NCBI GenBank assembly: GCA_951406725.2
Contig: OX597824.1
Coordinates: 47,306,001-47,370,000, forward strand
From: Octopus vulgaris
Taxonomy: Eukaryota
Length of the DNA: 64,000 nt
Reading direction: 5' to 3'
Shown here: positions 1 through 14,092 of the stretch, in pieces
Numbering within the stretch: position 1 is the stretch's first letter
Layout of the letters: each line of letters begins with the position of its first letter
Position numbers and translations under genes: made by a program
Notes under the pieces: generated by a model
What the model was told of the DNA's origin: nothing
Database searches by the model: none
What the model saw: only the letters and a program-made list of their open reading frames with translations

Positions 1-545
1 TTAGCAAACATAGCACCCATTGAGAATTGGGACTAGGACTCCAACCAAATTAAAACACAGTGTAAAGATAAATATTGTAGACAAACACTCTGAAAAGGTA
101 AAGTTAATAGGTTAAAAAATTATTCTAAGAACAACTATCTTAAATGGAATCAGCATGGAGAAAACAAACATTTAAAATAAAGAAATTAAGTAGATTGTTC
201 AGTTACAGCTCATATACTATTGTCAAACACCAATATAGTCATAAAAGTTTGTACTTAAACCCTTTTGTTACCATACTTCTACTGAAAAACAGTGTTTTTG
301 TTACAATTCATTTTGGAAATAATTTATTGAAATTGCTATCATTATTAAGCTGGTGTTTAGAACATAAATCAGCATGAAATTTTGAATGAAGGTTTTAATT
401 TAGATCCCTTTACAATAGGAAAATTTGTTATCATAGAAGTAGGGACAGTCTTGGATGGGTTGGCATCTAATGGTTAAGCAATTAAAATTTAGTTTTAAAT
501 AATTCACCCATTTATGAATTAAGTTTAGTTTTTAGGTAAAGTTAC

Positions 546-562
546 CTTGGTAATAATTAGAC
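546..562 (-). CDS. Candidate 17-nt microexon of the RMDN-like gene
   Basis: Minus strand reads ttcatttttcacctttctatttcAG|GTCTAATTATTACCAAG|GTaac: a long pyrimidine tract, AG acceptor and AAG|GTAAC donor. It joins the phase-2 end of exon 1 without a stop (GG|G TCT AAT TAT TAC CAA G = G-S-N-Y-Y-Q). No transcript evidence available. Confidence 0.4.
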
Positions 563-3500
563 CTGAAATAGAAAGGTGAAAAATGAATTTCAAAAGAATA
601 CATTTTGATGATATTTTATTTTATTTTATTGAACTATTTTTATTGATTGGTAAAGAAGTGATTAAGCACAGAAAATATATTTGAAAAATCAGGCAACTGC
701 CTTCTGAAAATAGTAAAAGATGCACCAGGTTTGATCGAATCAAGCTACAGTTGTACATGAACTGTCAATACAAGTTTTAAGTTAGTTGCAAAAGTTAGGT
801 ACTTTTTCTTTTTTTTTTTTTCAGTTAATTTAAATAAAGGACAACTATGATACAATATAAAACAGGTGTCACCATTTGAACTTGTGACCTTTGTTCCTAA
901 AGTCCATCACATTAATTAATTAGTGTCACAATATGTCACATTGTATTTTGTTCCTAATATTTTGAGATAACAAAAATTAAAAAAATTACAAATCATTATC
1001 ATCAGTATATTAGTTAATGAGTTTTTATTATTATTTATTTTTTCAATAAAAAGAAATGTTCATAATGTTTTTTTATAGTTTTTATCATGAAGTAACTTCA
1101 AAGTCAAAATAAGTATAAACTAAAATCAGAGATCAGATGTTATTAAAATTCATTTTGTATTACAATAGTAAAACAAAAGAAATATGGAGCTGGTATGAGA
1201 AGTGTGTAAGAAGCAGAACCGTTAACATATGAAGTGCCATGTTTGTACAACAAAAAATAACTGACTTAAATTTGTTATATACTGTTCAACAGCAAAATTG
1301 ACTTTCTCATTTAGTGAGTAAATTTAAATTTTTAATCTTTTTACAGTTTTTTTTTTCTTTTTCATTATTTAAAAGGTAGTATACTATCATTTAAACACTT
1401 TGGTAATTATTTCACAAAATAATGTTGAGCACAGCCAGTGTTAATATTCACAGAAACAGTAAAACAATTCCTTTACCTCATCACCCTGTATGTTTCATTC
1501 ATGGCTTTTATTAAAGCAATGCCTTTTTAGCTGCCAAGCCAATTAAGGAGACAAGGATGAGGTAGGACTTGGTTTTGTAGCAAACCCTCTCCATTTAAAC
1601 CCTTCACAGATTTATTAATCAAATATTATTCTGACAGTAGTCAAACTTAAAGATTGAGCCATGAAACTATCAAATATGATCAGTTTGATACTTTTGATAT
1701 TGTTATTATCACTTTTAAGTGATGGATTGGTAGAATCCACTTAGTGCAGGACAAAATAGTTCTAAACAGCTTTTAGTTATATTCTGCATTCAAATCTCAT
1801 CAAGGGATTGATAAAATAATACCAGACAAAGTACTATGGGTTGATACAATTGACTATACTCACTCCTCACAACATAAGGCCCAATGCCTATGTTAAAAAT
1901 TCATAGTATCACTTTAACAAGAATAGTGAATGAGCAGAAATGGTTCAAATGCCAGTTTAAATGCCTTATATTAAATTCCAAGTTCAAATCTTACCCTGTT
2001 GACTTTGCTTTTTTATTCTTCTGGGGTCAATAAAATAACCACCAGTTGTTGCTTAAGCCTAGTTTAGCTTTGATCAAGTTGACATATCAAAATGTATCAA
2101 GGACTACATTATCTATGGTGACCATCCCTTTTTGACCTTATGGCACAGAGGTCAAATCATAAATTATTGGCACAGTTTGCATGGAATGTTTAAAGAAAAA
2201 TTGTTTCTTATCTTGGGTATGGCTTCCCAACTACATGGTTTCAGGTTCAGTCCCACTGCATGGCACCTTGGACAAATGTCTTCTGTTGTAGACCCAGGCC
2301 AACCAAAGCATTATGAATGAATTTTGAAGGCAGAAATTGAAACGTCATCATCATGCATGTGAATTTACATTTGTGCTCTATTAAAGCTGCTCACTGCAAC
2401 TAATGTAATTTCTCCTGTGAACACATTATCTGCTCACTTACCACCTTCAAAGATGTGTAAAATAAGAGATCCTTTACATGTAAGGGTAGGCAGCAGGAAA
2501 AGCATCTGGTTGTAAAACAATGTTTCAACACATACATTTAACCCATGCTTGTATGGGGAAAAAAGAGCAAAATGGATATAAAAACAAATTTATGTAAAAT
2601 TATAACACATTTTTCCAGATATTCAAGCATTAAGTATGATTTTTCTAAAGTCCTAAATGATATTTTTAAAAACTTGTGGTCCATTTAGAAACATCTTGCA
2701 GTGACCCAAATGAAAATCACAGCTTTACATCAATGTTTCCCAAACATTTTGCTGAATGCCCACCTAAAACATTAAACACCTACTTCCACACTCAACTTCT
2801 TTGCAATAAAGATAGTAACTGCAAAAAATGTATTGCTCACAGTCTCTTCATAGTAATTTAATGCTCCCCTAGGGAGTGGTGTGGTGTGGTGTGGTGTGGT
2901 TCCCTCCAGAGCCAGTACCTTACACAGTATAGCATCTCAAGGTGAATCTAATATTCTATGATGCCCCATAAACTGAAAATATGAAATGCATTCACTGAAA
3001 AGACATTGCATAAACAAGTGAGTTGTGCCTGGTATTACAAGAAAAGAAGGCATTGAAACAACATGATGACCTACAGAGATCATAATGATAATAATTTTTT
3101 AATTAGATAATATGTCTAGTTTTCCCAAAGAAACAGGTATTGCAAATGAAAAGGAAGCCATTGTAAACAAAAATCAGACCCAAACTAAGAGGTACATTTG
3201 TAGAGAACTTACTCTACCATCAAATAACTGCAACAATAATGATGCTTTGGCCTAGCATATTTGCAATTCTTTTTATGGACAAAGAGTATAGTCAGTTGAA
3301 CTCCTCTCAGTATTATACTGGTATTGTATCAAACCTGGAGACAGATCAAAATTAAGTATTCAGGTTTTGAACTGAGTGTATCAGACCAGCAGCAAAGCAA
3401 TTAGTTTAGTAAACAATCTTGGCCATCTCCACCACAATAAGGATGTTTTTACAATAGGAATTTATAGAGAAAAAGAAATTAATATTATGAAATTCATGAC

Positions 3501-4491
3501 TTTCCCTAAAAAGTAAAAGCCAAACACTGAAGCAGTTCCAATTAGTAATTGAAACTGGGTGTTGAATTTCCTTCACTGAAAATTTGCTAATAAAGTTAAT
3601 AATGTTACAAAAGGATTAATCATCAATATTCTGTGCCTTGGGAGGATTATTTGAGTCTTAATTGCCTAGTTGACTCATATGTAAATGGGTACAATTGGGA
3701 AATGCAATTTATTGCAACAAGGGTACTGAATTATTGATAAGTGTTAGATAGCAACACTCAGGGGTTTTTTTTCTTGATTTTGTTGTTTTGTCACAGCAGT
3801 ACACTGCTGAGTGAGATTAGAAAGGATTTGTCTGTGAAAGGAATCAGCTTAAAGCTTAGCTTACGTCTTTTCATAGAGAAAACTTCTTGTCTCAGTTAAT
3901 AAGGTAAAAAAAATTCTTGCTTTCATTACAATTTTTGTGAGCAAATGTGCAATGATACATTTTCATCAGAAGAATAACAGCAAGTCAATGATCAGCTGTA
4001 AGCCAAAAGATCTGTATTGACATTTAACTTTTTTCTATAACAATCCATCTGTTCAAAATAGTAGGTAAACATTTGTCTTTTGCAAATTGCATTCCAAACA
4101 TCAGCTTAATATGCCAATATTTTTAACTGAAAAACATTACAGTTATTTCACTAAATCTCACTTAATCCTTGATTATTTTGAAAATTAAATGGAACACATA
4201 TGCAGTTCATTTTACTTTTGTTAGAAACTTGGTCATAAAAGAGTTATACTTGTAGCATTATTTCTCTTAAAGAAACTTATTCTTCACATCAATACAAGTG
4301 TGTATATAAATGCATACGAAAGTTATATCGTTATTATTAAAGCTCATTTCTTTCTCTGTTTAAAAAATACCAAAATATGGCAATTTCTTTTGACTTAGCA
4401 CAAAACTCATCTTTTGTAAAGAACATTCAATATGAGTACTTGAATCAGTTCTAGTATATCATAAATAAGAACTGTCAATGGTTTAGTTGAT

Positions 4492-4705
4492 AGGGTTGCA
4501 GCAAGCTGGCAGAACTGTCAAAGCATCAAGGAAAATGCTTCATAGTATTTGTCCTAACTCTTTACAGTCTGAGTTCAGATCTTGCTGAAGTCAACTTTGC
4601 CTTTCATCCTTTCAGGGTTAATAAATTATCAGTCAGTACTGAGTGTGATGGTACCAACTAATTCCCTTCTCTCAAAACTGCAGACCTTGTACTTAAATTA
4701 GAAAT
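4492..4705 (+). mobile_element. SINE family B copy (degenerate)
   Basis: gctggcagaa...ctgagttcagatc...actttgcctttcatcctttcagggt...ccttgt. The same sequence recurs at 19900-20070, 31580-31772, 46838-47033, 47720-47927 and 56465-56615, with further eroded copies near 1720-2045. Confidence 0.7.
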
Positions 4706-6512
4706 TCACTTCTTTTATCAATCTCCCACTTTTCCCAAATGATGACTGAAAGATTTGCATTCAATTTAAGTATCACTTGACCTCTAATATCAGAAAATAG
4801 GTCTTAGTGCCACCACGTGGCACCGTGGATGCTTCTAGCAGAGTCCACTACATAGCAAACATTTAGGCCATCTCCAGTTTAAGGATACCTTGGCAGGCCT
4901 ATAAAGTGTCACAGGCACTGCCTTTCCTCCCAACTAAAAGATACAAAAACATGGCATATAGAATTAAATGTACTGCACAAATACAATGCAAAACATCTGC
5001 CATGGAATCAAACTCAAGCTTAGTCCAAAGATATCATCTAAATGGGAATTCAACATATACAACACACACTATGACTACATGTATTTATAAGTACTTCATA
5101 TATATGTGCTGTCCTATAAAAGACTTTAGTACTGTAAGAGACAGTACTAAAGAGTGAATCTTCATGTGAACCAGTGAGTGGTTTCCCATTGTCCACTATT
5201 AAGTGGACTGATCCATTGAAAGTAAAGTGTCTTTTCTTTGCCAGAAATAAACTGCCAACCCACTTTGTTGACAAGCCATTGACTAGACCAGTAACATCAT
5301 TATGTTTTTGTCTACTTTTCCATGCTTGCATGGGTCAGATGAAACTACATTGAGGCAGTATATCTATCTATACTTCAATATTGTGAAAAATAGAAACATG
5401 AACCTCAGTGTAGCCAAGTTTGGAATCCTCAGCTTTAAATAAAAATCATCATATGTCCATTTTCCATTACTGCATATGTGTGCATGAGTGTGTGTGTGTG
5501 TGTGTGTGTGTGTCTTTCTCATCATGTGCATATGCAAATGTATGTAGTATTTTTTTTTATTTAATTTATTTACATCATGGCATTAAATTAATAAGAGAAA
5601 GAAAAAAATTTCAAATAACAGATTCCAAAACATTGTAATAGATTTCTAAAAAGCTATGAGCTCAACCCACTGACTTCATGTCTCAGCTGTAGATATTTTT
5701 GCAAGCTGAGGTTAGAAAAAAATTACACAAAATAAATGTACAGCCTAAGAAATTCCACTTCTTATTCATCATTTCCATCTTCTTCTTTATCTTTCAGAGC
5801 TGAAGCAAGTCGGTAGCATTTGCCACTAGGCAGTAGTGCCCAGCCCAACTGCAGTAAAGTGATGGCTCTAGGGCCTGAACTTCCACTTGTTAAACATCAC
5901 TGCTGTAAAATGAAATATCCCACATTAAACAATATCAATACAAGTTTTGCTCATTCCTGAAGCAAAATCAAATTTAATATAAATGCTTTGTTCTTTTTTC
6001 TGATTTAACAGTAATCATTTTTACTACTGACTGTATTTCAATTTTGAGCAAATGTTAAAAGATGAACACACAAACATCAACACATGACGAAACTAAAGCA
6101 CGCGTGCGAGCACACACACAGAGCCAAGCACAAAATGTTCACTAACATTATTCCCATGATTTAAAATAGCTGATTTCCGGCAGAATGTCAATTTATGGTA
6201 TGAAAGGCCAAGAGAGGGAGGAGAGATGCAGTGGAACAACTGACTCCAAAAAACAGGTCGAAGAAGCTAGTAATTTGAGTGGAAAAAAAACATGTGTAAA
6301 TATAAACATCACATTGCAACTATAGAAGACCAAGGTCGATTGGCTTACTTAAGTTGTGTCACATGCTTTTACAGAAAAAAAAAATAAAGAATTAAGAAAA
6401 ATGAGAACTTCAGTTACTGTTGAAGTGTCAGAAGCCTTTCCTTTTCATATGGGTCATGAGCCACAGGTTCAAATTCTGAATCATACTGAATTGCATATAC
6501 CAGGAACTAACT

Positions 6513-6556
<44 letters not shown>

Positions 6557-9500
6557 TGTTGTTTATGAGTTGCTGCAGTCAGTTCTAATTGATCAAGTAA
6601 TAAATAAGGCCATGGTCAATCAAAATCTAGGTGGTGACAAACAAAACTGAACACTTCTCACAAAGTTGGAACCTAGTAGAATCTTATTGACTTTCTAGTG
6701 AAACTTAATTAGCTTTATCAATCCCATCTTATTCTTCTGTGTGCCCGAGCTAGAGTTTAAAATTGGTTCTAATCTACTTTTGGAATAATCTAAAATTCTT
6801 TTCAGTAGCAGCAGTAAGAAACAACTATCATAGGCTTGTCAGTCAGTGGCAGAATCATCATCATCATCTCTCTCTTTCGCATACATACACAACTGTACAT
6901 GCTTTAAAGTGAAGGCTGTTAGGAATGATGCAATATATCTACATCTCTACCCTGATCCCAGGAAACCCATACAAACATTAAAAAGAAATATATATATTTC
7001 GAACTCTCTCATGCACCAAATAGCAGTCGCTAGAAAGCCTCCATGAAGTGAAACCAAGTAGCAACACCAAATGGCGGTGCCCCAGCATGGCCACAGTTCA
7101 TAAGCTGAAACTAGAATCAATCAATCAATCATATATAAACAATAAAATTATAATGATAAAAACAACTACCAATGATCATATGCATGCATTATATATGCAT
7201 AGATAACAGAGTCTCATGCATGTATAATACAACAAACAGTTTACAACATAGTGTAGTGAACTGTACTTCCCCTTAGCACTGATTTTCATCTAGGCACTAA
7301 AAGTTAAATGTCTGTTAGATACAGAGTAACCATATCCCTTTTTGCCTAAAGAATGGCATTATTAACCTGACTAGCTACAATACTCTCTCTCTCTCACACA
7401 CACACACACACATACAATCATCATTTTAATATCCACTTTTCTATGCTTGCATGGGGGTCAGACAGAATGTGATAAGGCAGGTTTTCTACAGCCAGATGCC
7501 CTTCCTATTGCCAACCACCACCTGCTTCCAATGAAGGTCATATTTACCCAAATTTGGACATATATTCATGGAAGTCTGCAAAGGAATGAATCAGCTTGTA
7601 TGAGAGCAACACTTGCTTACAACTATATCAAAATGTTAAGATGAGAAGGCACACACATATAGGCTGCTTTCAATTTTCATCTACCAAATCTGTTCATAAA
7701 GCTTTGGTCAGCTCAGGGTTACTGTAGAAGACATATACCCAAGGTATCGCATAGGAAGACTAAACATGAAATTTACATGGTTGGAAAGACAAACACACAG
7801 CAATAGCTGTGCCCACATACACACCTAATTCAGATGTCACATGGTTACATTATCTAAGCATATTTATCTATACCAATGCAACACTAACAGCACACATGAC
7901 ACGCATGTATTTTAGTACACACATATGAATGAAGGACATTAACAAACATGACTAAAGAATCAGATTATAAAACCAAAGGCAAATCTTTGATCAGTGAACA
8001 ATATTACAAGTAATTAGAACGTGGATGCATTTCAATTAGAGACCATTAAAGATAAACTTTATCAGAAGCAAGATACTTCTCATAGATAAGGGATTTATTA
8101 TCTGAATGAATGAATAATTACACTATATTGAAAGTATGGTTTGGTTTAAAGGTTGTAGAACTGAGATGAATGAACAATTTTTTTTTCAATTGGTACTTAA
8201 CAATTACTAGATAGATTAGATATATGTAAACTATGAATGTAACTAATTAACAGAACAATAGGGCTACTACTTGCAATGGTGGAGTGCTTTGAAGTGACTA
8301 AATGGAGAGAATTGATTTAGTTGTAAACGAAACTGATGTAGACCAAGGAAAACTCAGGTATGACAGTTCAATCAGATCTTACAAAACTGAATTTGGCTGA
8401 CCAGATGATAAAGAAAGCGGTAGCAATGCTGTTTTAGACATGTCTTTTGGGGTAACTAATATCCTCAAACACATGCCAAAACTGAAAATTTGACATTAAA
8501 TTGATAATTGTGAAGACAATAAATGCAATTTTTAATTGTTGCTAATAGAAGAAACAAATTAAAAGCAACTGAGCTCAACTGACAAAGGTATTATAATTTA
8601 TGCATTATACATGCATCCTCAACTGAAGATATGGTTTTTACAACTGAATAATTCTTTTCAACACCGATTGATAATTTTACTGTACAACAAAATTAAAAGA
8701 TCTTGAGCTTGTAAACAGTGATTAGTTAAGCAGTCATCACCGTTGACTTAAATATATATGAAACTTTTATTTTTTATAAACACTACTCATTTTCCAATAA
8801 AATGAGAGATGTGCATCCTTATTCACACCTGCCACCTGATACCAACAAAAGGGAAAACTAAAGTGGAATGGCACCGAGGCAAAATTTAATGATGTGAAAA
8901 AGTGGGGGAGTAACTAAATCACATAGATTATTGGCAACAGTGATAGAAGCAGGCCAGAGATGTGGCAGGATGTTGCAATTAACAGATATCTAACCTCAAA
9001 AGAACAGAGGTGACATTAAAAAAAAAAACAGAATGGGGATTGGATAAAATGGGAACTAGGAAGTAGATTCATCCCACAAATGCATGCTTAAAGCCCTATA
9101 CACAAGCCGGATGTCCCATTGATATTGACACTGAATACATCACTAAACCAAGTTAAAAGTAGGATGCTTTTACCCTACATTTTCTGTCATTAATTCACAT
9201 ATCTGTCATGCCCTTTTGTGCCATCATAGACTTTTATATTAGCATCAGTTTTAATATTTATTTTCTTTATATTGACATGAACTGCAAAATTACAGTATAT
9301 TTCCACTCTTCTCAAGCCCACAGTATTTCATCAGTAAAACATTTATATCTCATTACTTCTCATGCTGTATTGGTCATTCTCAGCTATAACTACCTTCTAC
9401 AATCTTCATAGTATCTCATTCAAGGATTTGTAATTGGGAGTTGACATCTTATTAGGGTTGATAATACAGGCTATAAGTATTGGGCCTAAGTAGTAGAAAT

Positions 9501-12255
9501 TAAGCTAGTTTTCATTTATTCGCATGAAAGATATACATCTATAATCACGGAGTAAAGCTCTTTTTTGTGATTTTTGATTTTTAGTGAGTTCCTTAATAAA
9601 CCAAGTAAAGAACAAAGGAAAATGAATTTTTTTTAAAATTATTATCCAAGTAGCTTTCATTGAGTAAATATCAATGAAAAGATGCTGTTTGGTTTAAGAG
9701 TGAGCAATGCAAGTGTAATATTAAATTTCAAAAATTATCAACACAATATTGAATTAAAACATGATGATTTCAAACTGAAAACAACTTAATAAATAAAATA
9801 TGATAATGTTTGATAGAAGATACAAAGGAAAACCTAAAGAAAATATTTCTTACAAAAGTACAAAAATCTCAAATCAAGAATATTTTCAACAATTATCATT
9901 GCAAAAGCTTTGATTTCAAATATGGATTCAAATCATATATATTATTCAAACTAAAATGTTAATATTTCTATAGCTTACAATGATTATGACAGCTTTGGCT
10001 TTAATCCAATTTCTGTAGCATTAGCCAGATGAAAGATAACTTTTTCCTTTGGTCAATAAGTAACTTTTCTGAAAAAAAATATTAGCTATTTTCCAGCAAG
10101 ACTTAGGTGGGTATGGTACAAGGTTTCCAAATTTAGAGAAGCATCAGGATAAAAACAAAAGCAGAAAGAGGGGACAAATATAATGTACTGGTAAGGGAAT
10201 CTTGATAGTGTTTTGGCCCTTGTGGAGAGTATGGTTTCGGATGCTTGTTCAGGAGGAACACCATTAAGCTGGATAATGCAAACCAAACAGACAGTACTAT
10301 AATGTAACTCATGCCTGTGTTTTGTGCTTTAAAAAGGGTCAAAAACTCATAAGTTAAATGGAGTTTGTGGAAGATTTTTTTTTTGTGGGGAGAGGAGATT
10401 CACTGGCCTATATGATGCAGTTCAGACAATGCTACTTTAAATCTGTAAAAATATGTACATAACAGAAAATAATACACAATAATGATTTTCATAAAATATA
10501 ACCCAAACAACATCTACTTTCTGCTATTCTCTATACCAACCAATTACCTAGCTGATTTATCAATATATATGATTTTGCCTTTCTATTCTCTTCATAATTT
10601 CTTCACATGGTTTTGCATACTGACATGGACTGGAATACTCATGTAAATTTTAGAATAAACAATTTGCAACTGAAAGATTCCAAACAATAACATGAACATA
10701 AAGTCAACATAGTTTCTTGTAAGGCTAAAACTGTCACTGTGGAGAAGTAATGGCCATTTTCAACAAGATTAGCGGAACCAAAGTGAAAGCATATGCCTAT
10801 CCAAGACACACAACTAATTTCATTGAAATAAGAACAAAAGAACTTGCATTTTAAAATGGATGGTAAACTGGGGAATTTATTTTTATAGATTCAGAATAAT
10901 GTACTTTGATCTCAAGACAGCATTCAGGTATCATGACCAAATTTGAATTTGCATGATCTTCCAAACAGAATTAAACATTTCTCTTTTGTATATTATTCTA
11001 TATAGAAAAATATTATTTCCACACACATACAAGATACTTGGGTATTTTTATGAAAAAGAATTTAATGAACAAGGCCAAAAAGAAAGCCTAACATATCTGT
11101 TTAGTAAATGGGATCAAAGTATAATGTTAATAATCAGACCAAAGCAGAAAATGTAAAGATTATAAATGAATATAATTTCATACAGATTTTCTATTCTTGT
11201 AATTATTTTTACTGTTTTAAGGAAAGGAATTTATAAATTATACAGCAGACTCAACCACAGGATATATTATTGCAAGAAGATTATATTTTATGTTCTCAGA
11301 ATCTTGATAATAAGAACTTATCAAAATCATTGATTAACATATGTGTTTTTGTATATTAACATAGGTTGTACTAAGTTTATGGCACAGAGTGTGACCACTC
11401 CTCTCAATCCTGTGTCATCTTGTTCTCAACGCTTAGTATTTTGAGGTGGGACCTCATCATTTCATTGCATGTTTTCATATGCCAAGCTCCACTTATCACT
11501 CATTCATAAAAAAAAAAATCAACTCCTACCTCATACAAGTTAATTCATAATGATAGAGGTTTATGTCTAATTTCTGTAGAACTCCAGCACATAACATCAA
11601 ATGTCTATCAAATGTTTATAGAACTGACTTTTACCAATGTAGGACTCCAGACTCTTCAAATTCTAAGTCTTACAAAAAGTTTTCTCCAAACAGGATGAAG
11701 GGCTTAATGATTTAGAGGGATTTCAACAGTAAAATAGTAATCAGTAAACTAGTATCGAAGAAGCTCTCTATTAATTACCAATAAGATAGTTTTAAAATGA
11801 ATTTCAAACCTATTCATGTCAAATTATAGACGCAACAATCTTATAATACGGATTTCTCTTTAAAATAATAGGCATTTCTTGATTTTAAAGTTAGACAAAG
11901 CAGTGGCAATAAGTTTTCAGCAAACTAAATGCTAAACTGGATTTCAATTTCCAATTAAAGCAACTTCTGTCACCAATATCTATCTCAGACTTGCTGATTA
12001 TGTTGATAAAAAATTATGAAGTAAATGAAATAAACATTCTTCGAGGAAGGAAATGTACTTAGGAAAATAGAAAATAAAACTGAAGAACTTGAAAGAGGTC
12101 CTCGACAACCTGAAACAAATAACATACATACACAAACATTCATTTATGAAAATAGAAATATGTTGAACCCACAAGATTTCAATGTAACTGACTTCATGAG
12201 ATAACTGTAACATATGTCCAAGGAAATAATGACATGAAACTAAAACCCAATCATT

Positions 12256-12301
<46 letters not shown>

Positions 12302-12940
12302 GTGTCAGCATTCTCTGTTACAACTCAGTGTTTCAAGAATGCCTGTTGTTGATCACAGTGAGAGACATTTACTAGCAATAGCAGACAGTAATTGCAGCAC
12401 TTTAATAATTACATTAGATTTCTGTATTGAGTATTTTCACTCTTGTTTTCAAACATGGACATACATTTTATAGATATATTTTGCATGATTATACGTATGC
12501 ATGTATGAATGGCATGCAGTCCTCCAACACATCTAGATGAAGATCATTCCTGTCTGGTCCATGAAAGCATAGAAAGTAACTATATAACAATGATGATGAC
12601 ATATTTAAATGATTACACTAAAGCCATTTCAACCAAAGGTCTTGTCAAATGTGATTATATTAAGTATGAGCAATATATAAATAAAATCTCAACAGCTTCT
12701 TTATGTATTATTGAGTACTACTTTGAAAGGTATCAATCTTGTTTTACTCCCATTAACACACACACACATTTAAACTTGGTCTTCCCCTAACATAGATACT
12801 GGAAGAATTAAAAGAAACAATCAAAGTAGGATTTGCTTCTGATACAATTACTTTCTACTTTCATAAAACTCCAAGAGTTTTATGAAAACCTTTAACACAT
12901 AAATCATTTAGTAAAAATATTAAATGTAGACAACTAATTG

Positions 12941-13276
12941 GTCAGTTTTGCAGATTTCCTTGAATAACAGACTCCTGTTTTGAAGTATATTTCTATTGTG
13001 ATGTGTTCCACGATTGTTACGGATTAAATGTAATAAATATGACGATCTTACGTAGTAAGTAGTATTTCCAACGGGACCAAGTTCCCCAACCATTGAATGC
13101 TGCAGTTTGAGAATGTGTGGTCTTAAGCGTGACCAAAAGTTGGGTTGCTTGGATGAGGGTGAGTGTTGTTGTAATCACTGAAATATCCAGTGACTCTCGG
13201 ATACAATACTGTCAATGTGTGCATGTATTACATCTATAGATGTATGTTGAAGTAATAGGCGCTAAATAGTTGTTTG
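12941..13276. mobile_element. ~336-bp unclassified insertion flanked by a 17-bp direct repeat (TSD-like)
   Basis: atgtagacaactaattg (12924-12940) and atgtagacaattaattg (13277-13293) match at 16/17. The interior keeps more CpG than the upstream flank. Confidence 0.45.
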
Positions 13277-13789
13277 ATGTAGACAATTAATTGAAGATGG
13301 TTAAATATATATTCTAATATTCAATTGATTAATCAAATCAATTATTTAACCACTAATAATTCGATAAACGGGGGCAGTTACTCTTTCTCTGATAAATTGC
13401 TCTTACCAGGCTTTGTCTTAAAATACAGAAACATGTATTTTCTGAAGATATGGAATAAATATTGCACCCAATAATTCTACAGAATACCAACTAAAACTGT
13501 TTGAAAAAGAAAAAAATAACAAATGACATTCTGAGGATGAAGAAATCAACGTTTGATTAATACTGTCTTTCAGAAATAATAAACTTCAATTATTTGTTTG
13601 GTATCCAGAAGCAAAATTCCAAGCAGTTCTTAGCAATCCTAATACAAACATATGACAATAAAGTGTTCTATCAAAACCCAAATTAATTACCTTTTTTTTT
13701 ATTCTTTTAGCTACATTAATGAAGTAAGATTATATACGAGAGAGAGATTTGAAATATAAGTGATATGAAATTTATGGACATAACTTCGT

Positions 13790-14092
13790 TTCTTCATAAC
13801 TTTCTGAAAAATGTAAGTTTTCTTTTTATGAAATTTTCTACAATGACGTTTCAGATTATGTAAATTGTCAGAATTTGAAGTGAAAAATATTTGAGTAGTT
13901 CGAATAATTTACATACCTAAACTGTTCCCTCGTACGTTTTGATTAAGTGTGTGAATTATTCAACATTCACCTCCAACCCCATAATTTTTTTTTTTCTCCA
14001 CTTCAAATTCTGACACTCATAATTTACACAATCTGAAATGTATTTGTTGAAAATCTTATTAAAAAATACACATTTTTTCAGGATATGAAGAA
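13790..14092. repeat. Fold-back (MITE-like) inverted repeat with ~100-bp arms
   Basis: tgtcagaatttgaagtg (13866-13882) is the exact reverse complement of cacttcaaattctgaca (13999-14015). Outer ends ttcttcata / tatgaagaa also pair. Confidence 0.7.

Noticed and set aside
1471-1490. 9-nt AG|GGTGATGAG|GTAAAG microexon candidate (minus strand)
   Set aside because: The upstream sequence is purine-rich with no polypyrimidine tract.
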